The translations under genes and the position numbers were made by a program. The notes beneath the pieces were generated by a model, which saw nothing but the letters and a program-made list of their open reading frames with translations, was not told where the DNA came from and searched no databases. From Acutalibacteraceae bacterium (lineage in GTDB: Bacteria; Bacteroidota; Bacteroidia; Bacteroidales; Bacteroidaceae), in assembly GCA_963652075.1 (NCBI GenBank), contig CAVJRQ010000089.1, positions 337-64,336 on the forward strand: a DNA stretch of 64,000 nt. Reading direction: 5' to 3'. Position 1 is the first letter of the stretch. Each line of letters opens with the position of its first letter. Positions 1 to 9,951 of this stretch are shown here, piece by piece.

Positions 1-1701
1 GTGCCCATGTCACTGCCTTTGGCCATCCTGCTCGCATCGCTCATCACGTTCGGCAACTTCGGCGAACGCTACGAGCTCCTCTCCATGAAAGCCGCCGGCA
101 TCCCCTTGATGCGCATCCTGCGGCCGTTGGTCATCTTCGTCGGATGCATCTGTTGCCTCTCTTTCTATTTCCAGAACGTCACGGGACCCAATTCGCAAAC
201 GAAACTGTGGACGCTGCTCATGTCCATGAAACAGAAGTCACCGGAGCTGGACATCCCCGAAGGGGCTTTCTACCGCATCAGCGACTACAACCTCTACGTG
301 AAGAAGAAAAACCCTGACACCGGCATGCTCTATGGCGTGATGATATACAACTTCTCCGACGGTTTCGAGAACGCGCACATCATACAGGCCGATTCGGGCC
401 GCATGATGGTGACGGCCGACAAGGAGCATCTGCTGCTCCACCTCTACAGCGGGGAACAGTTCGAGAACCTGCGCCAGCAGACGCAGCTCTCGCGCAACGT
501 CCCGTACCGGCGCGAATCGTTTGTCGAGAAGCATAGCCTCATCGAGTTCGACTCCAACTTCAACATGATGGACGAGAGTTTCATGAGTTCGCAGTCACAG
601 TCCAAGAACATGAACGAGCTGAGCCACAGCATCGACTCCATGTCGCACCGTTTCGACAGCATCGGGCGCAGCTACTACACGGACGCCAAATCGCGCATCA
701 GTGTAATCAGTTCCCTCAACAAGCACGACTCAATCATGGTGGAACAGTCGCCCGTGAAATCGCTCAGCCTGGACAGCATCTTCCGCATGAAGAGCAAGGT
801 AGACCAGAAGCGTCTGCTGCAGACCGCCGTTACCCGCGTCAACAACATGAAAAGCGATTTCTCGTTCCGGGGCTCCATGATGAAGGACTCCGACCGTTCC
901 CTGCACCGTCACCAGATAGAGTGGAACACCAAAATCGTGCTTTCACTGGCATGCATGCTTTTCCTCTTCATCGGCGCTCCCTTGGGAGCCATCATCCGCA
1001 AGGGAGGACTGGGAATGCCGGTCATCATCTCCATCATCATCTTCCTTATCTACTACATCGTGGATACCATGGGCAGGAAGATGGCGCGCGACGGCACTTG
1101 GGACATCTGGTTCGGTTCGTGGATCAGCACATTCGTACTATTGCCGATGGGTGCGTTTTTCACCTACAAGTCGAACAACGACTCCGTGGTGTTCAACATC
1201 GATGCCTATAAAGAGGTGTTCAGCAAACTGTTGGGACTGCGCACCAAACGTCACATCACCAAGAAGGAGGTGATTATCGACGACCCGGACTACAGCGCGA
1301 TTGCGCAGCAGCTGTGCCAGCTGAGCGACACGTGCAGAGCCTACGCCCAACAACATCAACTGGACAAGGCACCCAACTACTTCCGCTTCTTCTTCCACTG
1401 CCAACCGGACAATGTCGTGACGCAGCTCAACACGCAGCTGGAAGCGGTGATAGAGAATCTGTCGAACAGCCGCGACAACCACGTCATACTGGCACTCAAC
1501 GAGTATCCGATACTCCTCGTGGGAGCGCACAAGAATCCGTTCGGCAAGCCGTGGATGAGCGTTGTAACGGGTATCCTGTTTCCCGTAGGCTTGTTGTTCT
1601 ACTTCCGTGCATGGCGCTTTAGCCTGCGATTGAACAAAGACCTGAAACAGATTGTGGAGACGAACCAAACGATTCTGACCTATATGAAACAAATCAAATA
1701 A
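1..1701 (+). CDS. LptF/LptG (YjgP/YjgQ) family permease, 5' end cut by window edge, with a long C-terminal extension
   Basis: ORF is open from base 1. N-terminal LAILLASLITFGNFGERYELLSMKAAGIPL and the later TM triplet (IVLSLACMLFLFIGAPLGAIIRKGG...) are typical of YjgP/YjgQ permeases. About 170 extra residues end in one more hydrophobic helix. Confidence 0.8.
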   Translation: MPMSLPLAILLASLITFGNFGERYELLSMKAAGIPLMRILRPLVIFVGCICCLSFYFQNVTGPNSQTKLWTLLMSMKQKSPELDIPEGAFYRISDYNLYVKKKNPDTGMLYGVMIYNFSDGFENAHIIQADSGRMMVTADKEHLLLHLYSGEQFENLRQQTQLSRNVPYRRESFVEKHSLIEFDSNFNMMDESFMSSQSQSKNMNELSHSIDSMSHRFDSIGRSYYTDAKSRISVISSLNKHDSIMVEQSPVKSLSLDSIFRMKSKVDQKRLLQTAVTRVNNMKSDFSFRGSMMKDSDRSLHRHQIEWNTKIVLSLACMLFLFIGAPLGAIIRKGGLGMPVIISIIIFLIYYIVDTMGRKMARDGTWDIWFGSWISTFVLLPMGAFFTYKSNNDSVVFNIDAYKEVFSKLLGLRTKRHITKKEVIIDDPDYSAIAQQLCQLSDTCRAYAQQHQLDKAPNYFRFFFHCQPDNVVTQLNTQLEAVIENLSNSRDNHVILALNEYPILLVGAHKNPFGKPWMSVVTGILFPVGLLFYFRAWRFSLRLNKDLKQIVETNQTILTYMKQIK

Positions 1702-1725
1702 CGCCAATCAATAAAAACCAAGAAT

Positions 1726-2952
1726 ATGGAACAAGTTAAGTTAAACACCATCGATGAGGCCGTTGAGGACTTCCGGCAAGGGAAGTTCGTCATCGTGGTC
1801 GATGATGAAGACCGTGAAAATGAAGGCGACCTGATAATCGCCGCCGAGAAGATTACGGCCGATGACGTAAACTTCATGCTAAAATACGCGCGTGGCGTGC
1901 TCTGTGCGCCCATCACAATCTCCCGCTGCAAAGAGCTGGAGCTGGCACACCAGGTGGACGACAACACGTCGCTGCTGGGCACACCATTCACCGTCACCGT
2001 AGACAAGATTGACGGCTGCAGCACCGGTGTCTCCGCTGCCGACCGCGCCAGCACCATCCGCGCCTTGGCAGACCCGCAGTCCACCCCACAGACCTTCGGT
2101 CGTCCGGGACATGTCAATCCCCTCTACGCCCAAGACAAAGGAGTGCTCCGCCGGGCAGGACATACCGAGGCGGCTATCGACCTGGCACGCATGGCCGGGC
2201 TCTACCCTGCCGGTGCCCTGATGGAGATAATGAACGAGGACGGTACGATGGCGCGTCTGCCCCAACTGCGCGCTTTCGCCGATGAGCACAACATGAAGCT
2301 CATCTCCATACACGACATGATAGCCTACCGGCTGAAAGAAGAGTCGATGGTGGAGAAGGGCGTGGAAGTGAGCATGCCCACCGAGTACGGGCAGTTCCGC
2401 CTGATTCCTTTCCGCCAGAAATCCAATGGGCTGGAGCACATCGCCCTCTTCAAGGGCGAGTGGAAAGAAGACGAGTCGATACTCGTACGCGTACACTCCT
2501 CCTGCGCCACCGGGGACATCTTCGGTTCCCTGCGTTGCGACTGCGGCGAGCAGCTCCACAAGGCGATGCAGATGATTGAGAAAGAGGGAAAAGGCGTGGT
2601 TGTCTACCTCAAGCAGGAGGGTCGCGGCATCGGGCTCATGGAAAAGATGAAAGCCTACAAGCTGCAGGAAGACGGCATGGACACCGTGGACGCCAACCTC
2701 TGCCTGGGACATTTGGCGGACGAGCGCGACTATGGCGTAGGGGCTCAGATTCTGCGCGAACTGGGCGTACACAACATGCGTCTGCTCACCAACAACCCCG
2801 TCAAGCGTATCGGACTGGAGGCATATGGGCTAAAGATTGTGGAAAACGTACCCATCGAAATCACGCCCAACCCCTACAACGAACGTTACCTGAAGACCAA
2901 GATGGAGCGCATGGGACACACGTTGCATTTCTCCAACGAACAAAAGAACTAA
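1726..2952 (+). CDS. ribBA: Bifunctional 3,4-dihydroxy-2-butanone-4-phosphate synthase / GTP cyclohydrolase II
   Basis: 408 aa. DHBP synthase block [14 protein letters not shown] and GCH-II zinc block [21 protein letters not shown]. Confidence 0.93.
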   Translation: MEQVKLNTIDEAVEDFRQGKFVIVVDDEDRENEGDLIIAAEKITADDVNFMLKYARGVLCAPITISRCKELELAHQVDDNTSLLGTPFTVTVDKIDGCSTGVSAADRASTIRALADPQSTPQTFGRPGHVNPLYAQDKGVLRRAGHTEAAIDLARMAGLYPAGALMEIMNEDGTMARLPQLRAFADEHNMKLISIHDMIAYRLKEESMVEKGVEVSMPTEYGQFRLIPFRQKSNGLEHIALFKGEWKEDESILVRVHSSCATGDIFGSLRCDCGEQLHKAMQMIEKEGKGVVVYLKQEGRGIGLMEKMKAYKLQEDGMDTVDANLCLGHLADERDYGVGAQILRELGVHNMRLLTNNPVKRIGLEAYGLKIVENVPIEITPNPYNERYLKTKMERMGHTLHFSNEQKN

Positions 2953-2980
2953 CAAACAACGAAATAAAACGATTAAAGTT

Positions 2981-4174
2981 ATGAACAATCTATCAGACCG
3001 CTTAAACAGACTCTCCCCGTCGGCCACTCTTGCCATGTCGCAAAGAAGCAACGAGCTCAAGGCACAGGGAGTAGATGTCATCAACCTGAGTGTAGGCGAA
3101 CCGGACTTCAACACGCCCGACCACATCAAAGAGGCAGCCAAACAGGCTATCGATGACAACTTCTCGAAGTACTCTCCCGTCCCCGGATACCCGGCCCTGC
3201 GGGAAGCCATCGTGGCCAAGCTGAAAAACGAGAACGGCGTGGATTACACCGCCGCACAGATTAGTGTTTCCAACGGTGCAAAGCAATGTGTCTGCAATGT
3301 TATCATGACTTTAGTAAGTGACGGCGACGAGGTAATCGTGCCGGCTCCTTATTGGGTCAGCTATCCCGAGATGGTGAAGTTGGCGGACGGTGTCCCCGTC
3401 ATCGTCAGCGCAGGTATCGGCCAAGACTTCAAGATAACCCCCGCCCAGCTGGAGTCCGCCATCACGCCGAAGACACGCGCCCTCATCCTCTGCTCACCGT
3501 CCAACCCTACGGGTTCGGTCTATAGCAAGCAGGAGCTGGCTGGTCTGGCCGCCGTGTTGGCGAAGCATCCGCAGGTGATGGTCGTTGCCGACGAGATTTA
3601 CGAACACATCAATTACGTGGGCAAGCACGAAAGCATCGCACAGTTTGCCGAAGTGAAGGATCAGGTTGTCATCATCAACGGGGTTTCCAAAGCCTATGCC
3701 ATGACCGGATGGCGCATCGGATTCGCTGCCGGACCGGACTGGGTCATCAAGGCTTGCAACAAGCTGCAGGGTCAGTACACCTCCGGCCCGTGCTCCGTTT
3801 CGCAGAAAGCCGCAGAGGCTGCCTACCGCGGCACTCAAGCCCCGGTTGAGCAGATGCGTCAAGCCTTTGAGCGCAGACGTGACCTGATTGTCAAACTGGC
3901 GAAAGAGATTCCCGGGTTCGAGGTCAACGTGCCGCAAGGAGCATTCTACCTCTTCCCCAAGTGCGACCAATACTACGGCAAGTCAGCGGGTGATCGCAAA
4001 ATCAACGACTCCAATGACCTGGCAATGTACCTGTTGGAGGTAGGCCACGTGGCCTGTGTAGGCGGTGCCGCTTTCGGCGCTCCCGAATGCATCCGCATGA
4101 GCTACGCCACTTCCGACGAGAACATCGTTGAGGCAATGCGTCGCATCAAGGAAGCCTTGGCTGAACTGAGATAA
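2981..4174 (+). CDS. PLP-dependent class I aminotransferase (aspartate aminotransferase-like)
   Basis: 397 aa. NLSVGEPDF, SPSNPTG and the Lys block GVSKAYAMTGWRIG are typical of AspC/AspB-type enzymes. Confidence 0.85.
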   Translation: MNNLSDRLNRLSPSATLAMSQRSNELKAQGVDVINLSVGEPDFNTPDHIKEAAKQAIDDNFSKYSPVPGYPALREAIVAKLKNENGVDYTAAQISVSNGAKQCVCNVIMTLVSDGDEVIVPAPYWVSYPEMVKLADGVPVIVSAGIGQDFKITPAQLESAITPKTRALILCSPSNPTGSVYSKQELAGLAAVLAKHPQVMVVADEIYEHINYVGKHESIAQFAEVKDQVVIINGVSKAYAMTGWRIGFAAGPDWVIKACNKLQGQYTSGPCSVSQKAAEAAYRGTQAPVEQMRQAFERRRDLIVKLAKEIPGFEVNVPQGAFYLFPKCDQYYGKSAGDRKINDSNDLAMYLLEVGHVACVGGAAFGAPECIRMSYATSDENIVEAMRRIKEALAELR

Positions 4175-4214
4175 AGGCCAACGTGCCGAACGGGCACTCC
4201 ACACGGTCTTGAAC

Positions 4215-4253
4215 AAAAATCCGCACATCCTTCAGAGGGATGTGCGGATTTTC
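4215..4253. terminator. Bidirectional hairpin terminator between convergent genes
   Basis: aaaaatccgcacatcc / ggatgtgcggatttt perfect arms flanked by A- and T-runs. The right arm touches the stop of the minus-strand gene. Confidence 0.7.
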
Positions 4254-5097
4254 ATTTAGGGTCGTTTGCCAGCCGGATGCCGTTATCTTCCAGCAGGATG
4301 AGCCGATTCCTGTACAACTCGCCAATGGCTTTCTTGAAGGTCTTCTTGCTGACCTGAAACTCCGCATAGATTTCTTCCGCATCACTTTTGTCGTGGAAAG
4401 GGATGAATCCCTGATGCGACTTTATGTAGTGCAGCAAAGACTCGGCAAAGTCGTCCACCTTGCGGGGGCCGCCCCGTTGCAGTTCCAAGTCAATCTTTCC
4501 GTCGGGACGCACCTGCTTGACGAAGGCGGAGAGGTGATTGCCCATCTTTATGGGCTGGAATATCTCGGACTGATAGATTAGGCCACTGTAGCGGTTGTCC
4601 ACTATCACCTTATAGCCCAAATCCGTGCGTTGCCACACCAATGCATCCACCACGCTGCCTTCGCGGTAATGAGGCTGCTCCTTGGAGAGGAAGTGCTCTA
4701 CCTTTGCGGAGGCCATGATGCGATAGCTTTCTTCATCGATGTAGACATAAACGAGATAGCGGTGACCCACCTCCATCTTCATCTTCTGTTCACGGAAAGG
4801 AACGAAGAGGTCTTTCATCAGACCCCAGTTGAGGAACGCGCCAAACTGGTTGGTCCACGCCACTTCGAGCGACGCGAACTCACCCACCTGCACGTAGGGG
4901 GTAAGCGTTGTGGCCACAAGCCGTTCCTCGTTGTCGAGGTAGATGAAGACATTCAGCATATCTCCCGGTTTGCAGTTCTCGGGTACATACCGGGCAGGGA
5001 GCAAAATCTCGCCATCGTCGTCGCCATCGAGGTAGACACCGAAGTCCACGGTCTTCACTACCTTTAGCTGGTTATATTTTCCAAGTTTTATGTGCAT
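4252..5097 (-). CDS. S1-like RNA-binding protein, CvfB/YitL family
   Basis: 281 aa. Repeated S1-like segments (VVKTVDFGVYLDG, VAWTNQFGAFLNWG) and a C-terminal winged-helix-like tail. Confidence 0.75.
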   Translation of the reverse strand: MHIKLGKYNQLKVVKTVDFGVYLDGDDDGEILLPARYVPENCKPGDMLNVFIYLDNEERLVATTLTPYVQVGEFASLEVAWTNQFGAFLNWGLMKDLFVPFREQKMKMEVGHRYLVYVYIDEESYRIMASAKVEHFLSKEQPHYREGSVVDALVWQRTDLGYKVIVDNRYSGLIYQSEIFQPIKMGNHLSAFVKQVRPDGKIDLELQRGGPRKVDDFAESLLHYIKSHQGFIPFHDKSDAEEIYAEFQVSKKTFKKAIGELYRNRLILLEDNGIRLANDPK

Positions 5098-5105
5098 ATC
5101 GTTGT

Positions 5106-5786
5106 TTATTCTTTTGTTTCGTTGTTGCTTGCCTCAGTCAGAATGATACCGTCCACCAAGTGAATGGTGCGGTCGGTCATGGCCGCCAGTCCCTCATCGT
5201 GGGTAACGATGACGAAGGTCTGCCCGAAGGTGTCGCGCAGATGGAAGAAGAGTCGATGCAGTTCCTCCTTGTTGCGACTGTCGAGGCTACCAGAGGGTTC
5301 ATCGGCAAGGATGACCGAAGGGTGGTTGATTAAGGCGCGCGCCACAGCCACACGTTGTTTCTCGCCACCGGACAGTTCGCCGGGTTTATGGTGAGCACGC
5401 TCCATGAGGTTCATAAAGTCGAGAATCTCACTCGCCCGTTTTCGGGCTTCCTTCTCAGAAGCTCCGGCAATGAAGGCAGGAATCATGACATTCTCAATGG
5501 CAGTGAATTCCGGCAAGAGCTGGTGGAACTGAAAGACAAAGCCGAGGTGGCGGTTGCGGAAGTTGGACAGAGCCTTGCCCCGAAGAGCCGCCACGTCCAC
5601 GTCATCGATGCGCAGAGTTCCGGCATCGGGCTTGTCCAGCGTACCTATAATCTGAAGCAAGGTGGTCTTCCCCGCCCCACTCGGTCCCACGATGCTGACC
5701 ACCTCTTTCTTGTCGATGGTAAGGTCGATGCCCTTGAGCACCTGCAATGAGCCGAAGCTCTTGGTTATTCCGTGAATCTCTATCAT
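5106..5786 (-). CDS. ABC transporter ATP-binding protein, LolD/MacB-ATPase-like
   Basis: Walker [10 protein letters not shown], signature [15 protein letters not shown], Walker B VILADEP. Confidence 0.85.
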   Translation of the reverse strand: MIEIHGITKSFGSLQVLKGIDLTIDKKEVVSIVGPSGAGKTTLLQIIGTLDKPDAGTLRIDDVDVAALRGKALSNFRNRHLGFVFQFHQLLPEFTAIENVMIPAFIAGASEKEARKRASEILDFMNLMERAHHKPGELSGGEKQRVAVARALINHPSVILADEPSGSLDSRNKEELHRLFFHLRDTFGQTFVIVTHDEGLAAMTDRTIHLVDGIILTEASNNETKE

Positions 5787-5810
5787 GATTGTTTGTCTGT
5801 CTACGGGGTT

Positions 5811-7946
5811 TTAGATGTCGTTCTTCTTGAGCCACCGGGCAATCCAATGCGAGAGGATTTGGTAGACGCGTCCCTCGACCACGCCACGCGGTTCGGAGAA
5901 GGTTACCAACTCTTGCGCCTCGCCGAACTGGTCGGGATAGATAACCATGAGACTGTTGTTGGCGAAGTAGCGCATAATCTGCTCGGGCAGGTGCTCGAAC
6001 GACGACTGGTAAGAGATGGAACCCCTACGGGCCACTACCACCACGAAAAGGTGATCGTAGTTGACCTTTCCGGTAAGGAGCAACAGGTCGTCCCAAGACT
6101 CCAGCACGGAGAACTCCGCCCGAGTCCCGTTGTGCTTGGCACGCACATAGTCGCTGATACGCCTCAGCGTCTCTTTGGTTGCCCAGAAGTCGATGCGGCA
6201 TCCCAGTTGTTCGTCAAGCCGACAAAGCCGTTCCACCCATTTATAGAATCCGGCCTCGTGCTCGGCATTCTCGGGAACGGCCACGATGATACGCCGCAAG
6301 GTGTTGACGGGTATGAGGCATTTCACTATCGTCAGTTGACGGGCGGTGCCCTTCACCACGTTGGTGGTAATGTTGCCAAAGAACGAGTCTACGATACCTA
6401 TCTTATGATGAAGTCCCAGCACGATGTCGGACGAATCGCTCTCACTGAGCGTGTGGAGTACGCCCGAAGCCACGTTGTTGCTCACCCGGTTTTGGGTACG
6501 CATGGGCACGTCCGCCGAAGCGGCGATACGGGCAGCCTTGGCAAGGCTTTTCTTTCCGAGGGACTGTTTGCGTTCGCGGTCCGCCCCGTCGCATGTCACG
6601 TTGAGGGCAATCAGTTCGTTGGTCGACTTGGGGTTACGCATCATCAGTGCCATTGTCACCAAATCGTCCACCGTATGGGGGTTCTCGATAAGAATCAGTG
6701 TCTTTTCGTCCTTTTCGGAGATGTCCTGCGCACCATCGTCCATAGCGACTGCCAGCTTACGCGCCGCGTTTTCCGTGGCCAACGAGCTGATAATGCACGA
6801 CACAAGTATCATGATGACCACCCCGTTGAGTACATCTTCGTTCATCAGCGGCTGACCGGGCGTGAGTTCGATGCGCGTACCCACCATCACCATGGCCAAG
6901 GCTCCGGCGGCATGGGCATTGCTTAGTCCGAACATCAGGCGACGGGAGACGCTGTTCATGCCACAGAGTATCTGTGTGGCAAACGCCGCTATCCACTTGG
7001 TGCCGGTAGCTACCAGCAACATGACACCTACCACGAACAAGGTCTGTCCGCCATTGAACAAAGCTCCCAAGTTGATGAGCATGCCCACCCCTATCAGAAA
7101 GTAAGGGATGAACAGCGCATTACCCACGAACTCGATGCGGTTCATCAAGGGCGAAGCGTGCGGGACGAGACGGTTGAGCAGCAGTCCTGCCAAGAAAGCG
7201 CCGAAGATGCCTTCCAGTCCGGCCAGCTCCGCCAACGCCGCGCTAAGGAAGACGATTGCCAGCACGAAGATGTACTGCATCACATTGTCGTCGTAGCGAC
7301 GAAAGAAGGCACGGGCGATGCGTTGCACAAAGAAGAAAAGGAAAAACAGGTAGGCGGCACACTTGATGCCGAACAAGCACCAGAACAGTGCGTTGTGTTC
7401 ACCATTGGCACTGCCCGATATGGTCGCGAGCACCAACAGGGAGACCGTCAAGGCGAACATGGTGCCTCCGATGGAAACGGAAACGACCGCATGGCGGCTC
7501 AGACCGTAACGGATGACGATAGGATAAGAGACCAGCGTGTGCGACCCGAAGATGCATGCCAACAGGGCAGAAGCAAGCACGCCGAACTTGAGCCAATAGA
7601 GACCGACAAAGAGCCCAATCCCCGCAGGGATGAACGTGGTAAGCACACCGAACAGCAACGACCTCCCCTTATTCTTCTTGAACCCTTCCAAGTCCATTTC
7701 CAATCCGGCCAGGAACATAATGTAATAGATGCCCACCTTGCCAAAAAGCTCGAAGCTGCTGTCGTACTCGAGTACATTGAAGCCATGGTTGCCCACCAGC
7801 ACGCCGGCCAATATCATGCCCACGATGTGAGGGATTCGCAACCATCCCATAATCATGGGAGCGAACAGGATGATGACCAAGACCAAGAAGAAGGTCCATG
7901 TGGGGTCGGTCACAGGTAAGTCAATATGAAAGTTGAGCCATTCCAT
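5811..7946 (-). CDS. Cation:proton antiporter (CPA family) with large C-terminal cytoplasmic domain
   Basis: About 12 hydrophobic helices followed by a ~300-aa soluble domain. I prefer the start at MEWLNF (7946) because a TACTTTTG -7 box (7982-7989, minus strand) lies inside the longer 8036 ORF. Confidence 0.8.
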   Translation of the reverse strand: MEWLNFHIDLPVTDPTWTFFLVLVIILFAPMIMGWLRIPHIVGMILAGVLVGNHGFNVLEYDSSFELFGKVGIYYIMFLAGLEMDLEGFKKNKGRSLLFGVLTTFIPAGIGLFVGLYWLKFGVLASALLACIFGSHTLVSYPIVIRYGLSRHAVVSVSIGGTMFALTVSLLVLATISGSANGEHNALFWCLFGIKCAAYLFFLFFFVQRIARAFFRRYDDNVMQYIFVLAIVFLSAALAELAGLEGIFGAFLAGLLLNRLVPHASPLMNRIEFVGNALFIPYFLIGVGMLINLGALFNGGQTLFVVGVMLLVATGTKWIAAFATQILCGMNSVSRRLMFGLSNAHAAGALAMVMVGTRIELTPGQPLMNEDVLNGVVIMILVSCIISSLATENAARKLAVAMDDGAQDISEKDEKTLILIENPHTVDDLVTMALMMRNPKSTNELIALNVTCDGADRERKQSLGKKSLAKAARIAASADVPMRTQNRVSNNVASGVLHTLSESDSSDIVLGLHHKIGIVDSFFGNITTNVVKGTARQLTIVKCLIPVNTLRRIIVAVPENAEHEAGFYKWVERLCRLDEQLGCRIDFWATKETLRRISDYVRAKHNGTRAEFSVLESWDDLLLLTGKVNYDHLFVVVVARRGSISYQSSFEHLPEQIMRYFANNSLMVIYPDQFGEAQELVTFSEPRGVVEGRVYQILSHWIARWLKKNDI

Positions 7947-7981
7947 CTGTTTCGTTGCGCCGCTTACGTCGTTTTCTCGTG

Positions 7982-7989
7982 CAAAAGTA
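7982..7989 (-). promoter_or_regulatory. Bacteroidota -7 box TACTTTTG for the antiporter/LolD/CvfB gene string
   Basis: The reverse complement of caaaagta matches TAnnTTTG, 36 nt upstream of ATG 7946. Confidence 0.5.
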
Positions 7990-8084
7990 TAAAAAAGCGG
8001 AGGAATATCCGTGTCGGGGAGGAAGAAAAGACGCAAACATCAAAAGAATGCGATTTTTACAATGCGGTTTGCTCTTATGAATGA

Positions 8085-8092
8085 ACATTTAT
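8085..8092 (+). promoter_or_regulatory. -7 box TATTTTTG for asd
   Basis: TAnnTTTG match about 57 nt upstream of ATG 8149. Confidence 0.5.
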
Positions 8093-8148
8093 TGTATTTT
8101 TGCAAGCTGAAGTACTATTTATTATAAATACAATAAAAGAAATACAGG

Positions 8149-9207
8149 ATGAAAGTAGCAATTGTTGGAGCGAGCGGAGCTGTGGGACAAGAGTTCCTTC
8201 GCGTGCTCGATGAACGGAATTTCCCGATTGATGAGTTAGTATTGTTTGGTTCGCAACGCAGTGCCGGACGAAAATACACATTCCGTGGCAAAGAAATCGA
8301 GGTCAAACTTTTGCAGCATAACGATGACTTCAAAGGAGTGGACATCGCTTTCACATCCGCAGGAGCAGGCACATCGAAGGAGTTCGCCGAGGACATCACC
8401 CGTTACGGAGCCGTGATGATTGACAACTCAAGCGCTTTCCGCATGGACAATGACGTGCCTTTGGTTGTCCCCGAATGCAATGCGGAGGACGCGCTGAACC
8501 GTCCGCGCGGCATCATCGCCAACCCGAACTGCACGACCATCATGATGGTCGTCGTGCTGAAGCCCATCGAGAAGCTGTCGCACATCAAGAGTATACATGT
8601 CGCCTCGTACCAAAGCGCAAGCGGTGCGGGTGCCGCAGCCATGCAGGAACTGCAGGAACAATACAAGGCTCTGGCCGAGTCGAAAGACCCGGTTGTCAGC
8701 AAGTTCGCCTACCAACTGGCATACAACGTGATTCCGCAGATTGACGTCTTCCAGGACAACGGTTACACCAAAGAGGAGATGAAGATGTTCAACGAGACCA
8801 AAAAGATTATGCATACCGATGCCAACTGTTCGGCCACATGCGTCCGTATCTCTTCACTCCGTGCGCACAGCGAGGCCGTGTGGGTAGAGACAGAACGACC
8901 TATCTCCGTTGAAGAGGCGCAGAAGGCCATAGCCGCCGCTGAGGGAGTGATTCTGATTGACAACCCGGCACTGGTAGGAGCCAAGGCCAACCCGGACGCG
9001 ACAAAGGAGACCATGGAGGGGTTGCCTTATCCGATGCCTCTCTACACGGCCGGTAAGGATTGCGTGTACGTGGGACGCGTACGGAAAGACCTCGCCAACG
9101 ACCACGGACTGGCGTTCTGGCTCTCGGGCGACCAAATCAAGAAAGGTGCCGCACTGAACGCCGTGCAGATAGCGGAATACCTTATTAAAGTAGGGAACGT
9201 GAAATAA
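8149..9207 (+). CDS. asd: Aspartate-semialdehyde dehydrogenase
   Basis: [19 protein letters not shown](P) fold, active-site region IANPNCTTI, 352 aa. Confidence 0.92.
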   Translation: MKVAIVGASGAVGQEFLRVLDERNFPIDELVLFGSQRSAGRKYTFRGKEIEVKLLQHNDDFKGVDIAFTSAGAGTSKEFAEDITRYGAVMIDNSSAFRMDNDVPLVVPECNAEDALNRPRGIIANPNCTTIMMVVVLKPIEKLSHIKSIHVASYQSASGAGAAAMQELQEQYKALAESKDPVVSKFAYQLAYNVIPQIDVFQDNGYTKEEMKMFNETKKIMHTDANCSATCVRISSLRAHSEAVWVETERPISVEEAQKAIAAAEGVILIDNPALVGAKANPDATKETMEGLPYPMPLYTAGKDCVYVGRVRKDLANDHGLAFWLSGDQIKKGAALNAVQIAEYLIKVGNVK

Positions 9208-9243
9208 ACCGCTGTGCGGTCGGCCGGATACACGCGGCCGTAT

Positions 9244-9290
9244 ACAAAGAGATTCCCGGTTGACCGATGGTCAACCGGGAATCTCTTTGT
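9244..9290. terminator. Bidirectional hairpin terminator (22-bp perfect stem)
   Basis: acaaagagattcccggttgacc gat ggtcaaccgggaatctctttgt, between convergent asd and the FKBP gene. Confidence 0.8.
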
Positions 9291-9307
9291 TTCAGCGAGT
9301 GCAACGC

Positions 9308-9946
9308 CTATCTCCACTCGGGGACAGGGTTGTCACTGTTATATTCTTCCGCCGAATAGACCTTCACCAAGTCGAGGTTAAACACCAGTACGCTGTAGTC
9401 CAGTATCGAGCTGCTGGTTCCGGCCATCGTACCCGGCCCGTAGCCCAACGACCAAGGGATGTAGACAAGCCAGCTGTCACCCTCTTTCATCTGCTGCAAG
9501 GCTGTGGTCCAACCATTGATAAGCGCGGAAGTCAGGAACTTTGAAGGTACGGCAGTGTTGGTATCCAACGTTCCTTTATACGACTGGTCGAACACCGTGC
9601 CGTTTATGTAGCTGCCACGGTAATGCACACGAACCGTGTCGTTATAAAGAGGCGTAGCGCCCGTGCCGCTCTTCACCACCTTCACGAAGACATAATCCAA
9701 CGGGTCTTCCTCCAACAGGGAACCGCCGGCCTGGTCGGCAGGCAAGGTGTAGGACTTGAGTACCTTCCAATCGCCCGAGGCGTTGGCCTGCGCCACGTCG
9801 GCTATGGAATCGAGGTAGGCCTTGTTCCTCACCTCCCAGTTGTCATACTCACTTTCTTCACCCGTCTCGTCGCACGCCGTCATCACGGACAGGGCAGCGA
9901 CAAAAGAGCACAACACGTAAAATACGTTTCTTTTCATCCTATTCAT
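9308..9946 (-). CDS. FKBP-type peptidyl-prolyl isomerase lipoprotein
   Basis: Signal peptide plus lipobox VMTAC followed by acidic DETGEESEYD. C-terminal FKBP block VHYRGSYINGTVFDQS...VYIPWSLGYG. Confidence 0.85.
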   Translation of the reverse strand: MNRMKRNVFYVLCSFVAALSVMTACDETGEESEYDNWEVRNKAYLDSIADVAQANASGDWKVLKSYTLPADQAGGSLLEEDPLDYVFVKVVKSGTGATPLYNDTVRVHYRGSYINGTVFDQSYKGTLDTNTAVPSKFLTSALINGWTTALQQMKEGDSWLVYIPWSLGYGPGTMAGTSSSILDYSVLVFNLDLVKVYSAEEYNSDNPVPEWR

Positions 9947-9951
9947 TCTTG

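Noticed and set aside
1702-1725. An expected FMN riboswitch upstream of ribBA. I also looked for a lysine riboswitch before asd and a purine riboswitch before the DUF5020/NCS2 genes.
   Set aside because: The leaders are too short (24 nt and about 50 nt) or lack the conserved cores on inspection. None is called.
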